In this document: positions 8,980 to 18,298 of the stretch, one piece after another
Position numbering within the stretch: the stretch's first letter is position 1
Layout: each line of letters starts with the position of its first letter
Assembly: GCA_041736175.1 (NCBI GenBank)
Contig: JBGSUI010000200.1
Coordinates: 1-44,104, forward strand
Source: Oligoflexales bacterium
Lineage (GTDB): Bacteria; Bdellovibrionota_B; Oligoflexia; Oligoflexales; CAIYRB01
Direction of reading: 5' to 3'
Length of the DNA stretch: 44,104 bases
Position numbers and translations under genes: made by a program
Notes under the pieces: model-generated
Told to the model about the DNA's origin: nothing
Databases searched by the model: none
The model's input: the letters and a program-made list of their open reading frames with translations, nothing else

Positions 8980-10752
8980 CTATAGAACTTCTTGCCAGCT
9001 AAGACTTACAGCAAAGGCTGCATTGACCAGGCCGACATGGGAATAGGCTTGGGGAAAGTTCCCTAATTGTTGGCGAGTCTCTGGTGAATAATGTTCCGAA
9101 TATAACCCTAGATGGTTCGCTCCGCAAAGGAGTGACTCCAATACCTTGACTCCTTTGACGCGTTGATCAAGTCGAGCATAGGCTTGGGCAAGCCAAAATG
9201 AACAGATTACAAAGGGATCTTCAGGGCTACCGAAATCATCAGATCTGCGGTATCGAAATAAAAAAAATGAATTTTCGTTTGAATTTATGCGCAACTGCTG
9301 GGCGATAGCGTCCGTGGTGGATGAGCATAGATGGGCATCTGGAAACCGCAAGATGGGGAGTAATAACAGCGATGCGTCTAGGGTATCATCGGTAGGACTA
9401 TTAGTGACGATGTGGTTGCGAGTTGCTGCATAAAGTCTGGTTTGAGCTGCCTGGGCCGATCGCTTGAGTAAGGCTGTAAAATTCCCATCTCCAGTCAAAA
9501 GTTTGCCTTTTTCAATCATAGTGATCGTTCTGTCAATCCCTGCCCAGCACATAGTATTGGTGAAGGAGTGCTCTTGGGTGTTGCCGCGAATCTCCCAGAT
9601 TCCAGCATCTGGCTTTCCAATAAGGCTACAACAACGCTGTGCCAGCCAGAGAATTATTTTGTCCAAATGGGATGAACGAAGGTGGTGAAATCTTTCATCT
9701 AGGTAAATGGGTGCTAAGCTGAGAATCAACTCGCCATAAACGTCGTTTTGAACTTGTGAAGCAGCGGCGTTATTGGACCGTACTGGTTGAGATCCTGCAA
9801 AGCCCTTCCAATTTGTGTGTAAAAATTCGGGAACTGGGAGTTTTTGATCAAGCGAGTAGACGGGAGCCAGATCGTCATTGTAGTTGACGATGTTGAGAAG
9901 AAAGCGGAGAAACCCCTCCATTTCTTCAAAATGGCTGAGATGATAAAATGCATTTAAGGTGAAAAAAGCATCTCTAAGCCAGCAAAAGCGGTAATCCCAA
10001 TTGCGCTCGCTACCTAGTTTTTCTGGCAGGCTGGTTGTAGTGGCTGCAATAATAGCCCCTGTATCTTCGTAGCAATGGAGTTTTAATGCCAAAGCTGAGC
10101 GGATGGCCTCATCCTGAAACGAGGAAGGAATCGAGCAATGTTTCACCCAGCGCTGCCAATAACTTTCCGTGCGAGCTAGGAAATCAAGGCTTACCTGTTT
10201 AATATCAGCTTCTAGGGGAGTATCCCAAAGTACAGCGATAAAAATCTGCTCTTGCAGGAGAAAGCTCTCTTTTTCTAGGAGGTAAGTGAGCGGCATATTG
10301 GTGGCAATTCGAAGAACGCCATTGGGATATTCATAGCGTACATGGGAATTAGCACGAATAGGTATCGCGGGATTTTTCTCCCAGCCGAGGATAGGATTGC
10401 AAATAACTTTTATCCTGACTGACCCACTAAGAGGAGTTACGATGCGAAAGAGCGATGCAGGACGATACATCCTGCCGTGCTGCTCAAATCGCGGACAAAA
10501 ATCTGTGATCTCCACCTGACTCCCATCCTGAGTCGTGAGGAAAGAACTCAAAATATTTGTATTTTTTAGATACTTTTGGTCACTTCCAACGACATCCACA
10601 GGAGCCGTCATAAGCTGGCCGCCATCAGGGTCAAGCAGTGATCCAAAGATCGGAGGGCTATCGGGCCTTGGTAAGCACAACCAGGGAATAGAGCCTTCCC
10701 GGCTTACGAGCGCCGTAATCTGACAGTTGCCAATAAGTCCAAAATTGTACAT
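8980..10752 (-). CDS. Glycoside hydrolase family 15 (trehalase/glucoamylase-like)
   Basis: GLIGNC..ALV..WLCLPR.DSP, AATTTSLPE..GSERNWDYRFCWLRD, GIWEIRG, LGLYSEH...LGNFPQAYSHVG; ATG at 10752 has a GAGGT RBS. Confidence 0.93.
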   Translation of the reverse strand: MYNFGLIGNCQITALVSREGSIPWLCLPRPDSPPIFGSLLDPDGGQLMTAPVDVVGSDQKYLKNTNILSSFLTTQDGSQVEITDFCPRFEQHGRMYRPASLFRIVTPLSGSVRIKVICNPILGWEKNPAIPIRANSHVRYEYPNGVLRIATNMPLTYLLEKESFLLQEQIFIAVLWDTPLEADIKQVSLDFLARTESYWQRWVKHCSIPSSFQDEAIRSALALKLHCYEDTGAIIAATTTSLPEKLGSERNWDYRFCWLRDAFFTLNAFYHLSHFEEMEGFLRFLLNIVNYNDDLAPVYSLDQKLPVPEFLHTNWKGFAGSQPVRSNNAAASQVQNDVYGELILSLAPIYLDERFHHLRSSHLDKIILWLAQRCCSLIGKPDAGIWEIRGNTQEHSFTNTMCWAGIDRTITMIEKGKLLTGDGNFTALLKRSAQAAQTRLYAATRNHIVTNSPTDDTLDASLLLLPILRFPDAHLCSSTTDAIAQQLRINSNENSFFLFRYRRSDDFGSPEDPFVICSFWLAQAYARLDQRVKGVKVLESLLCGANHLGLYSEHYSPETRQQLGNFPQAYSHVGLVNAAFAVSLSWQEVL

Positions 10753-10807
10753 AATCACCTCTGGAAAGATATTACTTTGACATCAAACTAATTGTCGAGG
10801 GCAAATT

Positions 10808-13177
10808 GTGAATTTTCTTGTACGCTTTTTATTGCCGCTTGCTGTCATCCTAAGCGGTTTGGCGTATGGCTTGGTGCCGCTTGTGGACCATCTCACAACC
10901 AGATGGTTTGTCCGTGACCTGGACATTCGTAGTCGGCTTATCGTCAATGCCATAAAAGATGACTTAGTGCCTGTGCTTAAAATCGACAGTGAGGAGACCC
11001 GTAAAAGGGCTTTATCCATCTTGAAAAAGACGACCCAAGATGAGCGCCTCCTTGCACTGGCAATTTGTACTCCCACTGAAAAATTGATTGTTAAAACCGA
11101 GTTGTTTCCAGATACAGTGACCTGTAAAGAAGTGAGGGGTTTCGATCCCTATCGAGGGGCCCTTAAATCCCTCAGTAGCGGGGATGTTCATGTATCCTTT
11201 GGGTATATCGAAGACTTGGTAGAGGGTGACGCTTTCAATGGTGAAAAATCAGATCGTGGCAACATATTAGGTCGACTGATCATGTTACACGATATGAGTT
11301 TTGCATCAAAGCGTAGCAATGACTCTAAAAGTTATATGTTTGGAGTGTTCTTAGGAATCGGGCTCCTTATTGCCTTGATCACTGTGTTTGTTGCTCGATG
11401 GAGTATGGCAACATGGGTGAAATCAGTTAGGGAGCTAGTTATCGGCGTTAGGTCGCGCCGCATAGATCCAAGAAGTGGTACTGTAGATAGGGAATTTATG
11501 CCGATTCTAAAAGACTTAAAGGGGTTAGTCAGAGATCTGGAGGCGTCAGCCAGAGAAAAGGATGATGCACAGGTCACCTGGGATCCAGTGACTCTACGGC
11601 AGGTCCTGGTCCAGGAATTAGCTGGCGACGAAGTGATCGTTGTATCAAACAGACAGCCCTATATACACAATCGTCGAGGGGCCGAGATTGATGTCCAGTG
11701 TCCGGCCAGCGGTCTTGTGACGGCTCTTGAGCCGATTCTCAAGGCGTGTTCAGGAGTCTGGATTGCCCATGGAAATGGTACAGCTGATAGAGATGTCGTA
11801 GATCACAGAAGCCGCGTAAGGGTCCCACCGGGGCGTGAACAGTACGAGATCCATCGGGTTTGGTTCAGTAAAGAGGAGGAGCAGGGATACTACTATGGTT
11901 TCTCAAATGAAGGGCTTTGGCCCCTGTGTCATATTGCCCATACACGCCCGGTGTTTCGCAGAAATGACTGGGATCACTATGTTAAAGTCAATGCAAGGTT
12001 TACGGAAGCCGTTCTTGCAGATGCAAAAATTGAAGATCCAGTCGTCTTAGTGCAGGACTACCATTTGGCTCTGGTGCCGCGCATGCTTCGAGCCAAGCTC
12101 CCCAAGGCGACGATCCTATCGTTTTGGCACATTCCATGGCCTAATCCAGAGTCGTTTGGTATTTGTCCTTGGCGAGAGGAGATCCTCGAAGGTTTACTTG
12201 GTAGTTCTATCGTGGGATTTCATACTCAGTTTCATTGTAACAATTTTATCGAATCTGTAGACCGGTATTTGGAGTCGAGGATCGATCGCGAAACCAATGG
12301 GATATCATACAAAGGAGGAGTATCTGAAGTTCGCCCTTACCCTATTTCCATTGAGTGGCCTCCAGACCGTCTTTCTGAAGTCCCCAGTGTCGAAGAATGT
12401 CGAAAACTGGTTGCGGTCGAAAACAATTTAAGCGCTACTACAAAAATTGGAATAGGAATCGATCGCTTAGACTATACTAAGGGTATTATCGAGCGGTTTC
12501 GGGCTGTGGAAAGACTGCTTGAGCTAAAGCCAAAATGGTGTGGTCTCTTTTCTTTTATCCAGATTGCAGCACCCTCAAGGTCATCGATCACTGCTTATCA
12601 AGAGTTTGATACTGAGGTTAGAACGATTGCTCAGCAGATTAATGATAGATTTGGTAGCAAAACCTACCAACCAATCATTCTAAAAGTCATGCATCACGAT
12701 CCTAAAGATGTTTTTAAGCATTTTCGTGCAGCAGATATCTGTTTTGTAAGCAGTTTACATGATGGTATGAATTTAGTTGCTAAGGAATTTGTAGCTTGTC
12801 GAGACGATAATCAAGGCGTCCTCATACTGAGCATGTTCGCTGGTGCTTCAAGGGAATTGGCCGAAGCGCTTATAGTTAACCCATATGATGCAGATCAATC
12901 AGCCATGGCGTTAGACCTCGCCTTGGACATGAGTTTAGGTGAACAGCGGGAAAGAATGCGTGCACTACGCGCTATTGTCAAAGAGTTTAACGTCTACCGT
13001 TGGGCTGGACGAATGTTGTTGGATGCAGCACGGGTGAGACGGCGAAATCGATTTACTAAAAAAATGCGAAGGTGGGGTGCCGACAACTTAGAAGTTATAG
13101 AAAAAGTTGATCCTCTAGCTAAACATGCAGGAGCTCAAATGCTAGGAATAAGCGACATTGGAGTTTATAAAATATGA
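10808..13177 (+). CDS. otsA: Trehalose-6-phosphate synthase (GT20) with N-terminal two-TM/extracytoplasmic extension
   Basis: VVSNRQPY, ASGLVTAL, YYGFSNEGLWPLCH, VQDYH, FWHIPWP, DRLDYTKGI, DGMNLVAKEF; about 270 aa N-terminal extension with two hydrophobic segments. Confidence 0.93.
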   Translation: MNFLVRFLLPLAVILSGLAYGLVPLVDHLTTRWFVRDLDIRSRLIVNAIKDDLVPVLKIDSEETRKRALSILKKTTQDERLLALAICTPTEKLIVKTELFPDTVTCKEVRGFDPYRGALKSLSSGDVHVSFGYIEDLVEGDAFNGEKSDRGNILGRLIMLHDMSFASKRSNDSKSYMFGVFLGIGLLIALITVFVARWSMATWVKSVRELVIGVRSRRIDPRSGTVDREFMPILKDLKGLVRDLEASAREKDDAQVTWDPVTLRQVLVQELAGDEVIVVSNRQPYIHNRRGAEIDVQCPASGLVTALEPILKACSGVWIAHGNGTADRDVVDHRSRVRVPPGREQYEIHRVWFSKEEEQGYYYGFSNEGLWPLCHIAHTRPVFRRNDWDHYVKVNARFTEAVLADAKIEDPVVLVQDYHLALVPRMLRAKLPKATILSFWHIPWPNPESFGICPWREEILEGLLGSSIVGFHTQFHCNNFIESVDRYLESRIDRETNGISYKGGVSEVRPYPISIEWPPDRLSEVPSVEECRKLVAVENNLSATTKIGIGIDRLDYTKGIIERFRAVERLLELKPKWCGLFSFIQIAAPSRSSITAYQEFDTEVRTIAQQINDRFGSKTYQPIILKVMHHDPKDVFKHFRAADICFVSSLHDGMNLVAKEFVACRDDNQGVLILSMFAGASRELAEALIVNPYDADQSAMALDLALDMSLGEQRERMRALRAIVKEFNVYRWAGRMLLDAARVRRRNRFTKKMRRWGADNLEVIEKVDPLAKHAGAQMLGISDIGVYKI

Positions 13178-13980
13178 AATATTTGTTTGATAAAGATGGA
13201 ATTCAAGCATTAGAGGCCTTCTGCATGGCAAAAACTCTTTTTGCATTTGATTATGATGGCACACTCGCTCCAATCGTTGATGACCCTACAGATGCGATTA
13301 TGCGTCGAAAAACATATGGTGAGATCACTCAATTGGCGCTTCTGACTCCTGTCGCGCTAATTTCAGGGCGAGCTAGGGATGACCTGGCTCGCCTTGCTCC
13401 CAAAGAGATTGATTTTATGATCGGCAATCACGGCTTGGAGGGACTACCAGGGGGATCACCATCACTAGAGCAAGCTGAAATATCTTGTAATAGATGGTCT
13501 GAGATCCTATCTAAACAAATTTTAACTAAAGGAGTTGTGATTGAAAATAAGCGGTATAGCTTGGCTGTCCACTATCGAATGGCGTCAGACAAACGTAAGG
13601 CAAGATCAACCATATTGGATTTAGCGGCATCGCTGAGTCCGGCACCTCGCATTGTTTTGGGGAAATGTGTTGTAAATCTAGTTTCACCTGGAGCCCCCCA
13701 TAAAGGGGTCGCGCTGCTTGAGGTCATGCTCCGCAGCGAATGTCGATCCGCTGTGTATATTGGTGATGATGACAATGATGAAGATGTCTTTAGGCTTGGT
13801 GAAGAAAGTCTACTAACCATTCGCGTCGGGAAAGAAGAGGGATCTGCTTCGTTATATTATATAAATTCTCAGGATGAAATTGATAGAGTGCTAAGTTTAT
13901 GCACGACTGGATTGCAAAAAGCTGGTAAAGTCAGACGGGATATAAAGTCTCTACGAGGGATTGCAGATGGGTTTGTCTGA
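13174..13980 (+). CDS. otsB: Trehalose-6-phosphate phosphatase (HAD IIB)
   Basis: AFDYDGTLAPIV, ISGR, GNHGLE, AVHYR, HKG, YIGDD.NDEDVF; ATGA overlap with otsA. Confidence 0.95.
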   Translation: MKYLFDKDGIQALEAFCMAKTLFAFDYDGTLAPIVDDPTDAIMRRKTYGEITQLALLTPVALISGRARDDLARLAPKEIDFMIGNHGLEGLPGGSPSLEQAEISCNRWSEILSKQILTKGVVIENKRYSLAVHYRMASDKRKARSTILDLAASLSPAPRIVLGKCVVNLVSPGAPHKGVALLEVMLRSECRSAVYIGDDDNDEDVFRLGEESLLTIRVGKEEGSASLYYINSQDEIDRVLSLCTTGLQKAGKVRRDIKSLRGIADGFV

Positions 13981-14479
13981 GATTGATGGGCACCAGGAGA
14001 AAATAGAGGTTTTAGAAAAACTTATCGCCTTGAGCGTAGATCTCCATAACCTCAATGCAGGTGTGCAACGTCAATGGGATTTGTCCATCGTGCAATGGCT
14101 GGTTTTAAGGAAGATTGTCGAACAACCCGGTTTATCTGCAGGGACCCTTGCTGAATATTCAAAAGTGCATCCTAGTACCCTTACACCGACCATTGGACGT
14201 TTGGAGGGGATGGGTTTGATTTATGTTTTGGAGCGACCTACCGATCATCGCCGAAAATTGCTCGTCGCAAGTTGGAAAGGGTTGGAGTGGTCTCGAAAGA
14301 GTGAATCGGCTTTAACCACGGCAATCGATGGAGCGATTGCTGGGTATGAAGGGATCCATATCGATGTTGATGGTATTCGAGATCTTACTGCCAATATGAT
14401 CAAGAGTATTGCGCGGATTAAAGAGGTTGGCAAGGCGGATTCTCCTCCCCATATCAAAAAGGCTCGTCGAGTTGTTTGA
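13967..14479 (+). CDS. MarR family transcriptional regulator
   Basis: LSIVQWLVL..PGLS..LA...VHPSTLT..IGRLE..GLI...DHRR winged-helix pattern; ATG at 13967 with GAGGGA RBS overlaps the otsB end. Confidence 0.85.
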   Translation: MGLSEIDGHQEKIEVLEKLIALSVDLHNLNAGVQRQWDLSIVQWLVLRKIVEQPGLSAGTLAEYSKVHPSTLTPTIGRLEGMGLIYVLERPTDHRRKLLVASWKGLEWSRKSESALTTAIDGAIAGYEGIHIDVDGIRDLTANMIKSIARIKEVGKADSPPHIKKARRVV

Positions 14480-14497
14480 TATGAGCATTTTAGGTTA

Positions 14498-14513
14498 TGG
14501 CACACATTTTGCT
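14498..14513 (+). promoter_or_regulatory. Sigma-54 (-24/-12) promoter candidate
   Basis: TGGCACACATTTTGCT, near-consensus, 57 nt upstream of ORF 14571. Confidence 0.65.
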
Positions 14514-14570
14514 GGAACTAAGGTGCTTTGAACACTTTATTTTCTGCGTTTTTCGAGAGGAGTACCTAGG

Positions 14571-16058
14571 ATGATTTGTCAATGGGGATTGTTTGTTGGC
14601 TTAATATCTTTTGGAGTGATGACTTCGTGTTTAAAACCGGCCCAGACTGACAGTGATTTATCTATGGTTTCTGATTTGTTGGGAAAATTCCCCACAGCTA
14701 CACCTCTGTCAAAGAGTCTTTTCTATCGCTCGATGAAAACAAGGCTTGGAAAACCCCATGCGATTGGGATTGGACCTATGTTGCAGCCTATTGAATCCGA
14801 AGTGGGGCGTCCAGAGATTATACAGATGATCATGGGCACCGACCTCAGGGAAACCTTTAAAACTAAATTTAAGATTCAGACGGCGCCTGATCTGATCTCA
14901 GCCTTGGATCAACTTACTGCTTCGAGTCAAGGACAAATGAATGCCGCATGCTCTAAGGGGCAACCAAGCTGCAAGGATCTTAAGGGTGAGACTGCTAAAT
15001 TATCGCAGCAGTGGATCGGAGGAAAACCTGGTGACCCTGGGTCGATTCTTGATACGAGGTTTTATCTTTGGGATAACTGGTTTGTTGTTTATAAAAATAC
15101 GATTTTCAGGTTTACACTTCAGTCTCCTAAGATTTTTCCTAAAGACCATCCTCAAGCAGGGAGCCCTGTGGGATACGACGACCGGCACGAACTAGCGAGC
15201 ATAGGTCTCTATACATCTAAAGATGGCAATCGTTGGGAATACCAAGGGGCCGTGATTGAACCTGAGTCAGGCCCTGGTAAGGAGAGTCGGTTTGATAGCA
15301 AGGTTATTTGGAGTGGCAACGCAACAGTGATCAAGGATCAGTTAGTGGTACCCTACACTGGTCGGTCAAAGGTAGCCGGAAGAGATCCGTGGCTGCAAAA
15401 AATCGGTGTGGCCCTCTTTAACCCCGCGACCCAGACTTTTTCGAGGCTTTCTCCAAATCCGGTTTTAGATCCGGGGGCAAAAGACTCCTGTGGTCTCAAT
15501 ATCGCCGAAAAGCTAGGTTATGACCTTTCGTCGTCTCCCAAGGTTATCATGGCCTGGCGAGATCCTTACCTCCTCGTTCAAGACCAGAAAGTTCATATGT
15601 TTTTTGCCGCTAAGAAAAAGCTAGCTCGGCCCAGTGAAGATAACAGCGCTGTAGGACATGCTGTCGCATCGATCCACGACCTCTCGAAATGGACTCTTCT
15701 CCCCCCCTTAAATCTGCCCCGCTCCTACTCGCAGATGGAGCTGCCGATCGTCATCAAACAGGGAAATAGCTATGTCCTCCTTTCGAGCGTGGTGGAATTC
15801 ACCGATAAAGGTCGGGTTCAAACTTTAAGAGCGTACCGGAACACCGGCTTTGATGGTCCATGGAAACCCTTTTCGAGTCGGGGTGATTTGGCTTTACAAC
15901 TGAACAAAGTTTATGGCATCAATGTGGCCAAGGACCTTAAAGAGCAGCTCAGTGCTGTCTCATTCGATATGAAGTCCCTCGGTTTAACCTCCCTGAAACC
16001 CCTCCAGATAGGCCCCGACTCTATCACCATCCAAGGTCTCGAAAGTTGGGAACAGTGA
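14571..16058 (+). CDS. Clan GH-J (GH68/GH32-like) five-bladed beta-propeller glycosidase, lipoprotein
   Basis: YLWDNW (nucleophile), IWSGNA, WRDPY, QMELP (acid/base) motifs in order; lipobox-like VMTSC; AGGAG RBS. Confidence 0.8.
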   Translation: MICQWGLFVGLISFGVMTSCLKPAQTDSDLSMVSDLLGKFPTATPLSKSLFYRSMKTRLGKPHAIGIGPMLQPIESEVGRPEIIQMIMGTDLRETFKTKFKIQTAPDLISALDQLTASSQGQMNAACSKGQPSCKDLKGETAKLSQQWIGGKPGDPGSILDTRFYLWDNWFVVYKNTIFRFTLQSPKIFPKDHPQAGSPVGYDDRHELASIGLYTSKDGNRWEYQGAVIEPESGPGKESRFDSKVIWSGNATVIKDQLVVPYTGRSKVAGRDPWLQKIGVALFNPATQTFSRLSPNPVLDPGAKDSCGLNIAEKLGYDLSSSPKVIMAWRDPYLLVQDQKVHMFFAAKKKLARPSEDNSAVGHAVASIHDLSKWTLLPPLNLPRSYSQMELPIVIKQGNSYVLLSSVVEFTDKGRVQTLRAYRNTGFDGPWKPFSSRGDLALQLNKVYGINVAKDLKEQLSAVSFDMKSLGLTSLKPLQIGPDSITIQGLESWEQ

Positions 16059-16074
16059 TTTGAAGGAATTTGTA

Positions 16075-16947
16075 ATGTATGACGAAGTGTTTGAAGTTGT
16101 TACTACCAGAAGCGGTGCAAAATCGATTCGACACAAGGAACTCAACGAAACCATGCACAATCCCGTAGGCCCATGGGCAGAGGCCCACGGTCTTTATGTG
16201 GGCCCGTCAGGATTAAAAGAGCGCCTTGTACAGCAAGAGACGACGGGTGGTTGGTCGGTACAACCCCCACTTGTCTTATTTGACGTCGGACTGGGTGCTG
16301 CGACCAATGCGGTTGCCGCTCTCCATAGCCAGCTAGATTCAAGGGTGGAGGCTGCCTGCCGGCCCCTCGAGGTGGTGAGTTTTGAAAAGGATCTAAGGCT
16401 TCTGGCATTTACTATCTCCCAATCTGAAGAGTTTCCTTACCTAATGCCCTATCGCGAGGCTCTGGTAGCCCTCTTAGAGCGTGGGCATTGGCAGAGTCCC
16501 TGTGGTCGGGCGAGCTGGCGCCTTCACCATGGAGATTTTTTGGAGACCATAGGTCTCGAAAAATCTAGCCCCGATGTGACCTTCTATGACCCCTATTCAC
16601 CCCATGTCAATGCCGAGATGTGGAGTCTTAATTGCTTTAAATTATTATATGACCGCTGTAAAAACAAAAAATCTTTGCTTTTGACTTATTCCATTGCGAC
16701 TCCCATCAGAGCGGCACTCCTTATCAGTGGCTTTTATGTAGGGCATGGCCCGCGCTCAGGTCTCAAGCATGAAACGACCCAGGCTGCCACTGACCCCCAG
16801 CTCTTAAGCGAACCACTTGGACAGAGGTGGTTTCAGAGGTGGGAAAGGTCCCATACAAAATATCCTTATGGGGTACCTTCTGAAGACTATTTAATGGTGG
16901 AAAAGTCACTGGGGCAACATCCCCAATTTAGAGTTGCTGTGGAGTAG
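16075..16947 (+). CDS. MnmC/MnmD-like SAM-dependent methyltransferase (tRNA mnm5s2U34 family)
   Basis: ETMHN..GP..EA..LYV, FDVGLGAATNA, SFEKD, FYDPYSP..NAEMWS, LTYSIAT..RAAL..GF. Confidence 0.8.
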   Translation: MYDEVFEVVTTRSGAKSIRHKELNETMHNPVGPWAEAHGLYVGPSGLKERLVQQETTGGWSVQPPLVLFDVGLGAATNAVAALHSQLDSRVEAACRPLEVVSFEKDLRLLAFTISQSEEFPYLMPYREALVALLERGHWQSPCGRASWRLHHGDFLETIGLEKSSPDVTFYDPYSPHVNAEMWSLNCFKLLYDRCKNKKSLLLTYSIATPIRAALLISGFYVGHGPRSGLKHETTQAATDPQLLSEPLGQRWFQRWERSHTKYPYGVPSEDYLMVEKSLGQHPQFRVAVE

Positions 16948-16988
16948 ATTTTAGGAAAAACTTGAGTTTCCGATTTCAGAGAGTGCAT

Positions 16989-18215
16989 CTACCAAAAAAA
17001 TCCCAGTTTTGCTGTCACTGTGGAGCTTTGGTAATCTTTAAGTGCAGCGGTCGTATAGTCGATCGCTTCGAATGACTCTGATCCATAGCTTAATCCCACA
17101 TTCGTAACATCTCCGAAAGTGCGATCAAGGGCTAATTTGTAGCCTCCTTTTTTGCGGTCGGTGCCATTGTTAACCACCGATCCCCGGTCGCGAATCCCTA
17201 GAGTTTCGGAGCCGACCCAGTAGCCTAAGCTAAGCGCATTTTTATGGAACCACCCATAAAGTAGGACGTCGATTTTTTGGGAGTCTTTGTTGAGGGTTTT
17301 GGGTAGGAGTGCTGATTTATCTGTTGAGGTCTCTAAATTAATATGGGTTACGCTGACTTGACCAGAAGCACCATGAGGGCCATGACTAAAAAGAGGAAAC
17401 CGGCCTCCGATGACCGCTTCGCTAGCATTCACGGGGTACTTATAGGTGCCCGAGATATCAGCCAGCAGTTTGGGGTAGGAAGACTTGTAGTACTCGACGA
17501 AAAAACTCCAAAATGGTGTGAAAAAGTAGTCTAGCTGCATCCCAGGAGCTAAAATGGATTCCATCTGTGAGGAGTTGCTCTGGATCGAGCTTACCGAAAC
17601 ACTCGTTTTAAAACTCGGTGACCAAAAATATCCACCTTGAAACACAGCCATGGTCTGGGAGTAGTCCTTGAGTGCTGCCGGTTTAAGGTCCATATTTAGG
17701 GATTCATATCCTAAACCTAGGTTGATGGTAGGCCACGCTAAAGCGCCGTAGAGTCCATAAAACTGGGATGATGCTTTGGTGCTATCTGGTTGGTAGCTGG
17801 TTCGACCAAAATAGACTAGGGCAGAGGTCGCCAAGGTGCTCACAGGTTTTAAATCTTTTTCATGTTTGGCAAGGAGACTGTCGTAAAGCTCACGGTCTGC
17901 GGGCTGCAACCTTTCAACTCTGACTTGATTAAGATTATAGGCAGCATTTTCGTTTTGCTTAAAGACGGATTGACAATGGGCTAAGTAAAGGTGGGCCAAT
18001 GATTTTTGCGGGCCTTTTTGGATGGAGGCCTGATAGAGAGGTTCCAAAGCATCGGCACACCGTGAGGCGAGATAGTTGGAGACCCCGATGGCAAACCACT
18101 GCTTTTGGGTTTTGCCCCATGCAAAGGTAGCTTGACTAAGAATCGTTAGTACGATCGTTTTCACAAGTGTCTTTTTTGCCTTGAGAGCATATTTTTGTAT
18201 TCTTATTGATTGCAT
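16989..18215 (-). CDS. Exported protein: N-terminal TPR-like helices plus C-terminal outer-membrane beta-barrel-like region
   Basis: Signal-peptide-like segment ending ATFAWG; helical AHLYLAHC..AAYNL region; alternating aromatic beta-strands; C-terminal AKLGFFW beta-signal-like end. Confidence 0.6.
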   Translation of the reverse strand: MQSIRIQKYALKAKKTLVKTIVLTILSQATFAWGKTQKQWFAIGVSNYLASRCADALEPLYQASIQKGPQKSLAHLYLAHCQSVFKQNENAAYNLNQVRVERLQPADRELYDSLLAKHEKDLKPVSTLATSALVYFGRTSYQPDSTKASSQFYGLYGALAWPTINLGLGYESLNMDLKPAALKDYSQTMAVFQGGYFWSPSFKTSVSVSSIQSNSSQMESILAPGMQLDYFFTPFWSFFVEYYKSSYPKLLADISGTYKYPVNASEAVIGGRFPLFSHGPHGASGQVSVTHINLETSTDKSALLPKTLNKDSQKIDVLLYGWFHKNALSLGYWVGSETLGIRDRGSVVNNGTDRKKGGYKLALDRTFGDVTNVGLSYGSESFEAIDYTTAALKDYQSSTVTAKLGFFW

Positions 18216-18298
18216 TTTCCGTACCCTTCACTTTCCTTTGGAGTTTTTGGTTAAGAAAGATAAATCCATTTCAAATTAACTTTACTTTACTCCGTTCC

